DNA of 64,000 bases from the human T2T-CHM13v2.0 reference genome, Homo sapiens (GCF_009914755.1 NC_060926.1); one strand, 5' to 3'; positions 46,821 through 62,484 are shown, counted from the first letter of the stretch. Notes: generated by a model from the sequence alone, not told the origin. Numbers and translations: made by a program.

Positions 46821-48774
46821 TTAGCTCAACGCAAATCTCAGTTGCCCAGTGGATATTTTTGCTAATTTTTCACTGTATGAGAGGGAGAGTTTTCCCTGCA
46901 GACTGCTCTGTGTTCAAACCTGATCACTACCGCTTCACAGTCAGGTATCTTTGAACAAAACCAGTGACAATGGTGGTTTTCGTCAGCCTAACTCTGCCTT
47001 CATCTCCTGCAACAATGCCCCTCCTACTCATTACTCACACCCCCACCCCCACACACTGCCTTGAAAAACTGCCCTTCAGATTCCAGCTGCACCACTGGCT
47101 TCCCAGCTGTGGTGCCACTGTGAGGGGTCCAGAGGGTGGGCACGTAATCCTACCTGGATAAATCGAAGAGCATCAGAGCTGCCAAGCGGAGGGTGAGAGC
47201 GTGCAGGGAGTGAGACAGCCAGGAGAGGTGGCCAGAGAGCAAGGTGGGGCCAAAGTCTCTGAGGTCCACAGCACCAGGGTTCACACAACACTTTGCTGCC
47301 TTTCTGTGAACCTGAAGATGCGCGGGCACTTCTGGGTAGGCGACGAGCTGCACTGTGAGAAGCTCGCTCTCCGGCGCTCCTCTGCACCTGCCACCCTCAG
47401 CTCTCGGCCTGAGCTCGCCATGCCCTCCGCCTGCCGCACTGCCAGGCCAGGGTCCTGCCCACACAAGTTGATATGGTAGGGGCAATAGTGGGTGGTGGCT
47501 CTTACGTGAGCTAAGTTTGGGGACCTGAGGCCTCTTTGTCCTCGCTGGGTGGGTCAAGGTCTGGGACCTGTCTTGGGCTGCGGGTGCCTCACCCTTAACT
47601 TGCCAGGCCTCTCCCCTGCAGGATGAGCACTGTGGCAGTCTGAGGTGGCCACGGCCTTTGATCAATCTTTGTGTGCCAGGGTCTAAGCAGGGTGGGACAC
47701 ATAAGTGTCCAGCAGGAGAAAGGTGGGCCAGGGGCTAATGGTATCACCGTGTAAAGTTTTTGACATATGAGCTCTATAAATGTATGAATATGGACAAAAA
47801 ACAAAACAAAACAAAAGCTCCCCCAGGACCCTTTCCCTAAATGCCCTTCCTTGCCTAAGCTACATTGAATTGGGCCCCTGTCCCTTGAATCTGGAAGAAT
47901 TCTCACCTCACTGATGCTCAGCAGCTTCATTGGTAAAATGGGGATAATATCTATGAGGCTCTCTTTTGTGAAAATTCCTATTTGAGAGCTCCTTATGCAT
48001 GATAGATGCTCAACAGCTATGAATTTCTTCTGTTTCATTTTAATATCACCTACTTCTTCCCTGGGATCCAGCTGGACCTCTGGGACTTGGTGAGCTCTCT
48101 GTATTGAGCTGGCAGTTCCGTTGGGTATGTGAACTTTGTCTCATGCTCAGCAGAAGCTCAGCAAGTGAATGGACTGGGTGCACGCGGGCACAGAGAGTGT
48201 GTCCTCTGGAAGCTTGTAAGGAGTGGTAATTTTCTAAACTGCAGTCTCAATCTATCTGCCTATAGAATAAGATTTGCATAGTGGCGTGGGGGAGAACTCA
48301 GCAGCTTGTGATTTACAGATGTAAATTGCTTTTTAATTTGGAAGAAAAAACTGCTTGGTCGTGAGCAGGGCTTCTCTTTAGACGTACAGCCCTGGCTTGT
48401 GAGTTATTCTTCCAGCTACAGGGCATTGGTTAAAGACTCTGGTGCTCCCTATAATTCTGGGAGGGCTGTAATTGCTGCACTAGCTCCTTAATTTCCCTCT
48501 GGCCAGAGAGCTGCAATCCAGTCTCTTTTAGCAAATCTGCTCAAGATTTATTATTTTCTTTTAGACTTATTTCAACCTTAAATTTTCCGCTTTCATAAAG
48601 TTCCTGATGCTCTCATACATTTGTGTCCTGGGAACCACCCCAACCCTGTCCTTCACAGACACAAACTCCTGCCTCTGCTTCCTAGAGGAAGAGGTGATAG
48701 TGCCCTCAGTTAAACAACCACCACCCAGCAATCACTGGTTCAATGCCCGCAACACTCCAAGCCTGTGCTAAGCA

Positions 48775-49050
48775 TTATATATGTATAGATATATATACAT
48801 GCACACATATATGTGTATATATAATACACTGCATAGTATATTGTCCACATATATGTATATAAACACATTTATATATACATATAAATGCATATATAAAATA
48901 TGCTATACATGTATATGTAAAATATGCCATGCATGTATATATAATATATGCCATATATATGGCATATATTATATGTATGTATACAAACAGATGCATGTTC
49001 ATACACATATTGTATGTGTGTATATGTATAATTTATGTGTGTATGTATAA
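48775..49050. repeat. Degenerate (TA/CA/TG)n tract splitting a MIR
   Basis: alternating purine-pyrimidine low complexity; MIR resumes at 49060-49205. Confidence 0.85.
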
Positions 49051-51409
49051 TTTTGTAAGTGGAAGTAGGCATTATCTCCCATTTTACAGATGGGGAAACT
49101 AAGCCTCAGAAACATTAAGTTTATTTGATCATGCACCTGCTAAGTGATTGAGCTAAGATTTAAGTATAGAAAGTTCATCCAAGTTCAAAAACTGTGCTTT
49201 TAACCACCTGGCTGGCCTGTCTCCCTTTTGAGTAAAGCAGAGCCTGCCTGAACCCAGCCTTGTGACAGCTCACTAGAGACCCTTCAGACTGACTCAGGTC
49301 TTCTCATGAACACGCTTCTGGGCCACCTCGTCAAATCCAACCCGAGTCCTCCCCCTGCAGCCGTGTAGCCCACATGCTTCTCTCTCATGAACCAGACAAT
49401 GCTGAGAGACTGCGAAGAGCTTTGCAGATGGGCAGACACCTTCATCAACCAGGTCCATGTGGCACCGCTCTTCTTCGTGAGCCCTCACTGGCCAGCTGCT
49501 TCCCTCCTCACACATGCACAACTGGACCATTTAACAACTGCGTTCGGAGTTTTTTCCCAGGAATTAATGCCAAGGTCAATGGCCTTTAGTTTTAGATTTG
49601 GAAATTGACTTTGTTTTGTTTTTTCGGATTTTGAACATCCAGACAGCTTTTGTTGGTTGTGAGCCTTCTCTTCCCTTTCTCCTTTCTGAGTCTTCAGTGA
49701 TTCCACACAGTGGATTCCCTGGGCTCATGTCAGTGAGTTCTTTCTGGATTCAAAGTACAATTTGTGGGAGCCCAGGACTTGAATGAAGTCAATGCTGGTG
49801 ATGCTCCTAGCAGGAATGGCCGGCAGGGGGCTTCCTTCCTCTCTCTAATCTACCTGCCTCACAGTTCATTCTCTCCCTGTCTTGAAAATCCCTCAGGAGG
49901 AAAACGATGGAGTGGGTGGCTGGGCGGGTGCGCTTTCCCTCTGTGCCCTGTTACACACCTGTCTGCCCTGTGGACTTGGGGAGCACCTGGTCACCGAAGG
50001 CAGAGAACCCCAGTAGCCCCAAATTGTGGCCACATTTGTATTTTCCTGGCTCCAAACAAAATGAGAGTAAAAAGAAGAATTAATTTTCTCTTGTCCTTGA
50101 CTTTTTTCTTCCAAACCTCAGCTCATTCCAAACGGTAGTTTTTCCTGATGCTGTTCTTACCGCCCCAGAGCACGCTTCAGCATTTGTCCTTGGCTGTGTA
50201 TCTGCCTTTTGTGTGTCTCCTTCCAACATCCCACACAGACTCAGCTCCCTGTGCACCCGCGGCCCTGCCTTCCCCACTGTTTCCCTTGGGCTCAGGCAGG
50301 ATGTGCAGTCAGGACGGCTGGTGGCATTTAACTTTTGCCCCCATTGAGAGTAATGGAGCAGCCCTTCTGGGAGTCATCAGCTCTTCCTTGCTCCTCCACA
50401 CAGGGGTACTTCAATTAACACGTCTATTCCCAAGCTTACATAGTGTTGCGAGTTATTTTTTTAGACAGCCTCTTTGCTTTAATAAAGAGCCTCTGTGTTT
50501 CAGCCTCATGAATATGTTTAAATTTCAAAGGACCTGGATCACAGAGATCTGCACCAGAGCTTCAGGCTGAGTAAACATTTCCCCCGCACATACTCATCTA
50601 TAAGACATAAGGCTTTACTTAAATACGTAAATGCTGATGGCGAAGTGCAGGGACGGTGGCAGGAGCTTGCTCACTGTTCCTCCTTCTGTTCCCCATGGGT
50701 CCTAGCCCAGGGCTGGGAACTCACAATTGAGTAACCTGTGTGGTGACTGATTAAACTTTTCCCTTGCCTCAAGTGGAATGTGTTTGTCTCTTTTCTGCCT
50801 ACAGCCCAGTTCTTACTGGCTGCACTGGCTGCTGAGTTAGCATGCTGATTTCAGCTACTCAATGAACAAAATACTTTACATGACTCTCATAAACACGGTG
50901 ACAAAGGAGAAAGGCAGGAGGAAGGGATTCTCAGGAGAAGGCCACTTGTCTACAGCTCCCTTCCTCTCCATTAACAGATCTCATCAATTTGATTCTCCCA
51001 AGACAACCAGTCTCTGTGGCCATTGTGTGGCCTGTATGAGGCCATGGGTATCAGGTGAGTCATGGCCAAGGAAACCAACGTAGAACTCTCTCCTACAGGC
51101 CCCTTTGCAAGGATGGTAAGGCAGCAGGTCCTCCTGTAGGGAGCTGCCACCCTCCTCTCCCCCTGTTCTCATGTGCCTGGCCAAGAGAGAGAGTTGAATG
51201 AGTAGACTGAGTTTGCCCTGCTCCAGCAGCTGGGAGAATAGGAGCGGCCAAGAAAATGTCCTCCAGATGCCATACATGGTCACCCTCACTGCCGCTGCAG
51301 TGAGGGGACTGCTCCACCACTCACCACCAGTTCTGAAACTGCTGCTTTTTGTGAGATGCAGTAACAGGCCAAAAACTCAGGGGAGAATAAAGAAAAATAC
51401 CAGCTCATC

Positions 51410-51825
51410 TGTAGTGGATGCTGTAATGTGTCACCCAGACTCTGCTACAGTAATGAAGGCTCCTCCCTCCCTCAGCTTCTGAGAGGCTCTTGGCAGATGG
51501 CACTCAATTGTCAGGCCTCTTTGGGAGTTGCCTTGGCATATCCAAGGCAGGCAATATCAAATGCCTCATTGATGCAGGGATATAAAAGTCCAGCCCTCTC
51601 ACCTCAGTTCAAGACAACTCTGAAGAGTCCTAACAGCCTGGTGGCTCTTCATAGAGGGTGGCTTTGTGGAGGCAACCTGCCACACTCCAACATCTCCCTC
51701 TTCTCAACCCTGCTTTCTTTCCTTTTCCTCCAGGGATGGTCCCAAGAGAACTCCCTGATGTAGGGAGTGTCCTGTGCAGGACACTCTCCCACTTGCTCTC
51801 CTTCCTGGGGATCCCACCTGCAACA
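51410..51825 (+). mobile_element. LTR16C-like ERVL LTR
   Basis: tgtagtggatgctgt...cccagac...gacaactctgaagag...cttcctggggatcccacctgcaaca; TG...CA ends. Confidence 0.65.
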
Positions 51826-53120
51826 ACGCTCAAGGTGTCCAGACTGAGGATGACCTATCAAAGTGCACACCGAGCCACAGAAGGCTGCTCTCTTAATCTT
51901 TCAATGTCCAACACAATTCAGCTGTGATATCACTGGGCCCTGGTTGTTGATTAAAAGGTAGTTTACTTTCTCTCTCTTCTGTCATAATAGGTCTTTTGAA
52001 GCGTTCCACTTCTTCTGAAGTCAATTGCGGAAACTTTTATTTGCTGGAAAATCATCCATTTCTTCTAGATTTTAAAATTATTGCCAAAAGTTACATATAC
52101 TCTTCTCTTGTAAGTATTTTAATTTCTCTTGTATCTGTGGCTGTGTCTGCTTTCAAATACTTATCTCTGAGACTGAACAGAAAAACAGAGCACTTATTGG
52201 TAATCAAGAGCAGGACACACCCAAAAAGGCTTTCAAAAGCTAAAATGTGGATTTCCCAACTACACAGCATAACAAGTGAAGGAAAGAAAAATGTGGCTAC
52301 TGTTGAGACCTGAATTGAGTCAAATGGAAGTAATATATGCCAACACACAGAGCAAAACTATAAGACGATGAAAATGATGAAGACAAAAGCAAGAGTTGGG
52401 GAATGGATGCATGAACCTAACATTCAAGTATTGTGGCTTCAGAAGGAAAAAAAGGGGCTATATAGCAAAAAGATAATAATTCAGTAACAGGAGAAAAATT
52501 CTGAATGGAGAAGAATGAATTCTCTGGAAATGTGAAATATTAATCTTAAATAATCTGGAAATTGAAGGGAGATATTTCAAGGGAAATTCTTACAATAGCC
52601 TAAAACTAATAGCACGAAACAATTTCAGCAACACTATTTCAGCAGGGGCAGTGGGAGGGGAAGGAGGTTAGAGACATTCCAAATGTCCATCTCAGGACTG
52701 AGAGAAGGAGGGATGAAGGGGAGGATAACAGAGGAAGGTGTTCTAGTGGTCTCATCCCATGCGGGGAGGAAGGGGAGAAAGCTGTGGAAATGTCATACCT
52801 GGTGAAATAGTTGGTATCTTGTTTCAAAGAACAATAGAGAACTATATGTTTGATTATGAGTACAAGGAAATAGAAACCATTAATAAAATTTAACAGTTTT
52901 GCTAGACACTACACATTAAAAGATGAGTAACAATTTGACCAAACCAATGGGAAATAAGGGGAAAAAAGCAATTTAAAATAAAGTACAAATATAAAACAAT
53001 AGGAAACAGAAAAGACAGGCAAGTACATTATTAAACATATAAATTATTAAATATGTGAACAAACTGAATCATCTCGTCAAAAGATACAGCTTATTCAGAG
53101 AGGGTTAAAAACCAAAAGCA

Positions 53121-53427
53121 GGCTGAACATAGTGGTTCACGCTTGTAATCAGCATTTTGGGAGGCTGAGGTGGGAACATTCCTTGTAGCCAGACCTACAA
53201 AACCAGCCTGGGTAACACAGTGAGACCCCATCTCTACAAAAATAAAATAATTAGCTGAGTGCGGTGGCACACACCTTTATCCCCAGCTACTCAGGATGCT
53301 GAGGCAGGAAGATCACTTGAGTCCAGGAGTTTGAGGCTGCAGTGAGCTATGATGCAGTTTCATTGCACTCCAACTTGGGTAAGAAAGTGAGACCGTGTTT
53401 CAAAAAAAGAAAAAAGAAAAGAAAAAA
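53121..53427 (+). mobile_element. AluJ within old L1M sequence
   Basis: both arms, diverged, A tail. Confidence 0.88.
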
Positions 53428-53704
53428 CCTACAACATTTATACCCTTAAGGGTATAGATACACTTAAATTGGTGACAACGGATTCAAATTATAGGGATAA
53501 AAGGAGGAATACCAGGCAAATTGCAAACAAATAAAAAGCAAGATTGGCAATATTTAATATTAAATAAGATAGAATTCAAGATTATATACTAAACAGGATT
53601 TAAAAAGTGACGCATAACAACAAATTGTAAAATTTATGAAAATATTTCAAAAACCGTATGTACAAAACAACATATAAGCTAAACATATGAAGCTAAAGCT
53701 TTTA

Positions 53705-55680
<1,976 letters not shown>

Positions 55681-56805
55681 ATTAACAGATAAATTATAAG
55701 TCACAAAGAATCTCTAAGCAAACATACCTAAGAGAAAAATCAGAATAAGCCAGACAGGGAAGACTAGAATAAATAATCCTTCAATGTAACTCATTATTTC
55801 CAAGACAACACAGAAAGGCAATTTGGAAATTTATTAGAGAAATTTAACAAGGAGAATAAAGTACTTAAAAAATCAAATAGAACCCTTGGAACTGATAAAG
55901 ACTTTTGCTAAACTGAAAAATTCATTAGAGACTCTCAATAGTGGAATAGGTAAAATAGAGGAAATAACCAGTGAACTCAAAGATAGGCTATTTGAAAATA
56001 CAGTTGGAGTAGAAAAAAGAAAAAAAAGAATAAAAAAATGAAGGTCACCTACAAGATACAGAAAATTACCTCAAAAGAACAAATTTAAGAATTACTGTTG
56101 TTCAAGATGGAGTATAGCAAGAGCAAGGGGAAGAAAGCTTATTTAAACCAAAACAGAAACAAAAAAAAAAACCAGAAAACTTCAAAACTTGAGAAAGGGA
56201 GAAATATCCAGCTATATGAAAGTCAGAGAAAACCAAACAGATTCAAACCAAATAATACACAAGTCACATAATAATCAAACTCTCAAAGGTCAAGGATGAA
56301 GAGAAGATCTTAAAAGTACAAAGAGAAAATAAGTCAATAACGTATGAAGGATCTCCAATTCATTTGGCAACAGATTTCTCAATGGAAATCATACAGGGCA
56401 GGAATGGGATGACATTTTCAAAGTGCGAAACTAAAAAACAAAACAATGAAAAACTGCCATCCAAGAATACTGTGTCCAGCAAAGCTATCCTTCAAATATG
56501 AAGGAGAGATAAAGCTTTTCCAGATGAAAAGCTGAGAAAATTCACCACCACCAGACCTGTATTAAAAGAATTGCAAAAGGAAGTCTACAATCTGAAAGAA
56601 AATCTTGTCAGACACCAGACGTGTCTTACAAGGATTGCAAAAGGAAGTCTAAAATCTGAAGAAAAAAAAAAAAACACTAACATACAAAAATAAAACATGT
56701 AAAAGTATAAAACTCACTGGTAAAATTAAGTACACAGACAAACCTAGAATACTCTAATACTGCAATCGTGGTGTGCAATTCACTCACAATTCTACTATGA
56801 AGATT

Positions 56806-56881
56806 TTTTTTAAGTGAAAGCCAGTTTATCAAGAAAGTAAAGGAATGAAAAGGTGTTATCTACTCCACAGGCAGAGCAGCC
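56806..56881 (-). mobile_element. Short polyadenylated retrocopy of a MER41-type LTR R region
   Basis: exact 14-bp TSD ctactatgaagatt (56792-56805, 56882-56895); polyT; body GGCTGCTCTGCCTGTGGAGTAG...TTCCTTTACTTTCTTGATAAACTGGCTTTCACTT. Confidence 0.8.
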
Positions 56882-58483
56882 CTACTATGAAGATTAAAAG
56901 ACAAAGCTGTCAAAAATAATAATAGATATAGCAACCTGTTAAGAGACAACACAAAGTCAAAATGTAGGCAGGGGTGGAATTAAAGTGTCAAGTTTTAAAA
57001 TTGTTTCTTTGTTTCTATTCTTTTAATTGTCATCTAAAATAAGTTGTCATCACTTTAAAATAACTTGTTATATCTATAAGATGTGTTGTGTAAGCCTCAT
57101 GGTAACAATGATGCAAAAACCAATAAGAGATTCACTAGAAACAAAAGCAATGAATTAAAACATCCTACCAGAGAAAATCACTTAATCACAAAAAAAGACA
57201 GTAAGAAAGGAAAAAGGAAGAGAGGACTTACAAAACAACCAGAAAGCAAGCAACAACATTAGCGTAGTAAATCCTTACTCATTAAAAAAAAGAATCAATG
57301 AAAATTGACACAATTTTTCAATTAAAAGGCATAGAGTGGCTGAGTGGGTAAGGAAACAAGAACCAACTCTGTGCTGCCTACAAGAAACCTACTTCACCTA
57401 TAAAGACATATATAGGCTGAAGGTGAAGGGGTGAAATAAGATATTCCAGGCAGTTGAAAACCAGAAAAAGAGCAGGAATACCTATGCTTTTTAGATAAAA
57501 TGGACTACAAATGGGATTACATCAAGTTAAAAACTTCTGCATAGCAAAGGAAGCAATCATCGTAATGAAGACACAACCCACAGAAATAAGAGTAAATATT
57601 TGCAAACTAGCTGTGTGACAAGAGATTTTTTTCTCTCCTCCCGTGACAGATTATGACAAGAGGTTAATAACCAGAATACATAAGGAGCTCAAACAACTCA
57701 ACAGCAAAAATAAGCAAATAATTTGATTTAAAAACAGACAAAAAGATCTGAATAGATATTTACCAAAAAAAGCATACAAATAATAGGTATATGGAAAAAA
57801 TGTTCAACATTTTTCAACATTATAAGATAAATGTAAATCAAAATCACAATGAAATATCATCTCACCCCAACTTAAATGGCTTTTATCCAAAAGAAAGGGA
57901 ATAACAGATGTAGGTGCGGATGTGGAAAAAGAACACTTATATATTGTTGATGGGAATATAAATTAGTACAGCAACCATAGAAAACTATTTGGATGTTCCT
58001 CAAAAACCTAAAAACGGAACTACCATATGATCTAGAAATTCCACTGCGGGTATATATCCAAAAGAAATGAAATAAATATATCAAAGAGGTATCTACACTC
58101 CCATGTTAACTGCAGTACTAGTCACAATAGCCAAAATATGGCATCAACCTAAGTGCCCATCAAGGGATGAATTGATAAAGAAAATGTGGCGTACATGCAC
58201 AATGGAATATTATTCAGCTGTAAAAAGAATAAATCTTGCCTTTTGCAGCAACGTGGATGGAGCTGTAGTTCACTATGTTAAGTGAAATAAGCACAGAAAG
58301 ACAAATATCACATGTTCTCACTCATTTATGGAAGCTAAAAATGCATGTCTCATGAAGATAGAGTGTAGATTGGTGGTTACCAGAGGCAGCAAGGGTAGGA
58401 GAGAAGGGGAGGGTGAAGAGAGATTGATTAATTGATGCAAACATATAGTTTTATGGAAATTTGATAGAAGCAATAAAACCTGG

Positions 58484-58920
58484 TGTGATGGTTAATATTG
58501 AGTGTCAACTTGACTGGATTAAAGAATGTAAAGTATCGTTCCTGGATGTGTCTGTGAGGGTGTTATCAAAGGAGGTTAACATTTGAGTCAGTGGACTCGG
58601 AAAGGCAGACCCACCCTTAATCTGGGTGGGCACAATCTAAACATCTGCCAGTATGGCCAGAATAAAAGCAGGCAGAAGAAGGTGAAAAGACTGGACTGGC
58701 TTACTCTCCCAGCCTACATCTTTCACCTGTTAGGGATCTTTCCTACCATCGAACATCAGACTCCAGGTTCTTCAGCTTTGGAACTCGGACTGGCTTCCTT
58801 GCTCCTCAGCTTGCAGACAGCCTATTGTGGGACCTTGTGATCTTGTGTGAGCCAATGCTACTTAATAAACCCCGCTATATATAACCTATTAGTTCTGTCC
58901 CTCTAGAGAACCCTAACACA
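58484..58920 (+). mobile_element. MLT2A solo LTR (HERVL)
   Basis: tgtgatggttaatattgagtgtcaacttg...ctctagagaaccctaacaca; TSD cctgg/cctag. Confidence 0.88.
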
Positions 58921-59178
58921 CCTAGAGTTTGATAGATCAGTAGCATGACTATAGTTTAATCTATTGTATATTTCAAAATAACTAAAAGATAAAAATTTGA
59001 ATGTTTCTAGCATAAATAAAAGACAAATGTTTATGATGATGGATATTCCAAATATGATCTTTACAAATTATATTAATGTGTTAAATTATCCAATTGCCAA
59101 AATATATGTACATCTATTATGTATCAATTTTTAAAATATAAAGAGTTAGGAAAATGATTAGAGAGCTACCATAAATAA

Positions 59179-59541
<363 letters not shown>

Positions 59542-59589
59542 TGGTTAGGTTTTATTTAATATTTAAAGACCAGATAAATCCACTGTCAG

Positions 59590-61800
59590 GTAAACTAATT
59601 TAGGTCTTATGAAAACATGGAAAGATGGCTTGACTTATTTTATAAAGTCAGTATAACTGTAATGCCAAAAACCAAAAAGGAGATTATTTTAATAAGGGAT
59701 AGGCTAATTTCACTTGTTTATAAATGTAAACACTCTAACTAAACTATTACTGAGTGGATCCAATGATATTTAAAAGAAAAATACTCCATAAAGCAGAGTT
59801 TATTGAAGAAAGCAGACTAACTCAGTATGTAGAATTCTATCAACATAATCGAATGTATCAACACACTAAAGAAAAAATATATAATCCCATCAATGAATGC
59901 TGAAAGAACATTTGCTATGTCTCTAGCCATTCCTAATTAAAACTTAAATAAAACAGTAAAAGATTACTTAAATATAAATATAATATAAAAGATGAATATT
60001 AACAATTAAATATTAATTAGGCAAATTGATAAAAGTTGGACAAACAATTAATAGAAAAATAAGCAGACAAGTGGAGAAGACAATCCATAGGAAAGTAGAA
60101 TTAAGTGCCTAAAAAAAATACAATATACCTAAATTCTGAAGGAGCCAGAGAAATGTAAATTAAACTAACAATACAACAAAAAAAAATCAAATATTATTCT
60201 AAATGCCAAATTCCTGAAAATATTTAACTTAGAAATCAGAAACCAGACAGGAATGCTTGTTCTCATAATGGTTATTCAATTATTTTGTTCTGGTAAACAC
60301 TGTGAGCTGAAAAAAATGGAATACACATTAGAAAAGAAAAGATAAAATAGTCTCTCTTTTTTTTTTTGCTAAGACTATTACATTTCTAGAAACTCAATAG
60401 ACTCTAGAAAAAAATATTCTTAGACTGTATAAGAGAATTTGGTAAAATCTTACAGGTTGCAGGATGTAAGGTGAATACACAAAAATCAATAGATTTCTTC
60501 TATTCTAACAAGGAGTATGACAAAAGAAAATGAGAAAAAGCATTCTACACACAAATTAGGAAATGCTTAGGAATGAGGTTAGCAAGAAAGGCATGAGTCC
60601 TATGTGAAGCAAATCATAACATGTTATTTAAAAATATAAAATAAGATCTGAACAAATAGAAACAGATTTTCATTTTCAAGAGGAGAAACTTAGTATCATG
60701 TCAATTTGATTTTCCCAGATTTGATATCTATAAATTTAATGCAAGTCAAATTTGAATCCTAATATTATGTAAATTGGATAAAATGATATTATGCTTTATA
60801 TTTTTAAAACTCTGGAACTAGACAAGATATTTTTAAGAAGAAAGAGTGAGCTCTTGCCTTAACAAATATTACAACACACTACAAAGTCCCTATAAACATA
60901 TTAATGTGTTATTTGGAAAAATACAAATGAAGAGGTCTGTGGAACACAAAAGAAAATTCAGAAATAAATTATAAAATAAATGATTAGTAAAACACAGTAA
61001 AGCTGGTATTTCAATTTGTGAAAAATAAATTTTTGTTACTCTAGTTACAAAAATAAATTTCAGGTGGCTTAAAAATTTTAAATGTGAAAAAAATGAAAAT
61101 TATTTTAAAAAATCCAAGAATCTACACATTTAACGTAGGAACAAACACCTTCCAAACAGAGACTGGAAAACCGGAGGCTTAAAAGCACAGCACAGCAGAG
61201 CAATTACAAATTTATGAACACAAGAGATACCATAGATTAAGTCAATAGACATAAAATAGATTTTGGGAAATACTTGCTATGTAGTGGATAAAGAGAGTTA
61301 AATCCATGTGCAGAGCGTTTGTGAAAAGTGATAAGAATTGGACAATTAGAGGAAAAATAAGCAAAGAAATTGAGAAGACAATTCATAGAAGAGCAGATTT
61401 AAATGATCAACAAACATAAAATATACCTAAATTCTGATAAAGTCAGGGATGTGTAAATTAAACTTACAATGATAATTCACTTTATGCCTATTAAGTATGC
61501 AAAAATTAAAAGACTGGGACTATTCACTGCATGCTTGAATGTGGAAATCTTAATTATTATGACCATTTTGGGAAAATGATCTGGCAACATTTATTAATAT
61601 TAAGATATTAAAATTAAGAGCAATCTCATTTCTCAGAATTTATACCATAGAAATAAAAGCACCAACATATAAGAATATATATGCAAGAATATTTATTTAT
61701 TGTAGCAGAAAAATGTAAATGCCTATCAATTCAATATAGTTGAATAAATTATGGCACATTAATTCATATTATAGCCTATTATCATAATAGCCTATTTAAA
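59590..61800 (+). mobile_element. Highly diverged L1M ORF2 remnant
   Basis: A-rich; residual motifs such as caatgaatgctgaaagaacatttg, tgaatacacaaaaatcaatag, tctataaatttaatgcaa. Confidence 0.6.
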
Positions 61801-61993
61801 AACAATTTATAGCTATTAATTTGTACTTATAATTGATTATGGAAATATTACGTAGATATATAAAATTGTTTGACTATAAACAGTAGAGAGAATGTCAATA
61901 TCTTAATAGCACTTATGTCTTGATTTAGTTTCCTAATTAATTTTACTCACTCAACTCTTGTGTAGTTGTGAGTCATAAAAGATCATTATATTG

Positions 61994-62375
61994 GGCCAGG
62001 CATGGTGGCACATGCCTATAATACCAACACTTTTTGAGGCTGAGAAGGAGGGATCACTTGAGGCCAGGAGTTCAAGAGCAGCCTGGGTAACACAGCAAGA
62101 CCCTTACTCTACAAAGAATGTTTTTTGTTTGTTAGTTAGTTCGTTCGTTCTTTCGTTCGTTCGTTCGTTCTTTCGTTTGTTCGTTCGTTCGTTCGTTTTA
62201 ATTAGCTGGGTGTGGTGGCTTGTGCAAGTAATCCTAGGGATTCAGGAAGCTTAGGCAGGACATCCCTTGAGCCCAGGAGTTTGAGGTTCTGGTGAGCTAG
62301 GATCACACTGCTGCACTTGAGCCTGTGCAACAGAGCAAGATCTTGTCTCTAAAAACAATAATAATAATAATAATT
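61994..62375 (+). mobile_element. AluJ with its central linker replaced by (TTCG)n
   Basis: both arms; (TAA)n tail; linker 62119-62198. Confidence 0.88.
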
Positions 62376-62484
62376 GTATTGCTTCCATTTAATTATTTAT
62401 TTAAGTGTTCTATCCTAAAATTGTGTGTGTGTTTACAGTGCTTTAATTATGAGTGCCCCCTCTGATCCTGTGCATTTATTTTTA

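Larger units (their letters stand above)
55780..59140 (+). mobile_element. L1MA-type element with ORF1 remnant, internally deleted ORF2 and 3'UTR
   Basis: ORF1-like 55800-56600, EN-like 57280-57500, ORF2 end 57505-58330, 3'UTR interrupted by MLT2. Confidence 0.75.

Noticed and set aside
48240-48600. TAAT-rich stretch resembling a conserved developmental enhancer
   Set aside because: Conservation cannot be seen from one sequence and the motifs are too short to be significant
49294-49608. Overlapping ORFs in codon-like unique sequence
   Set aside because: No recognisable protein family or convincing splice structure; cannot be supported without a search
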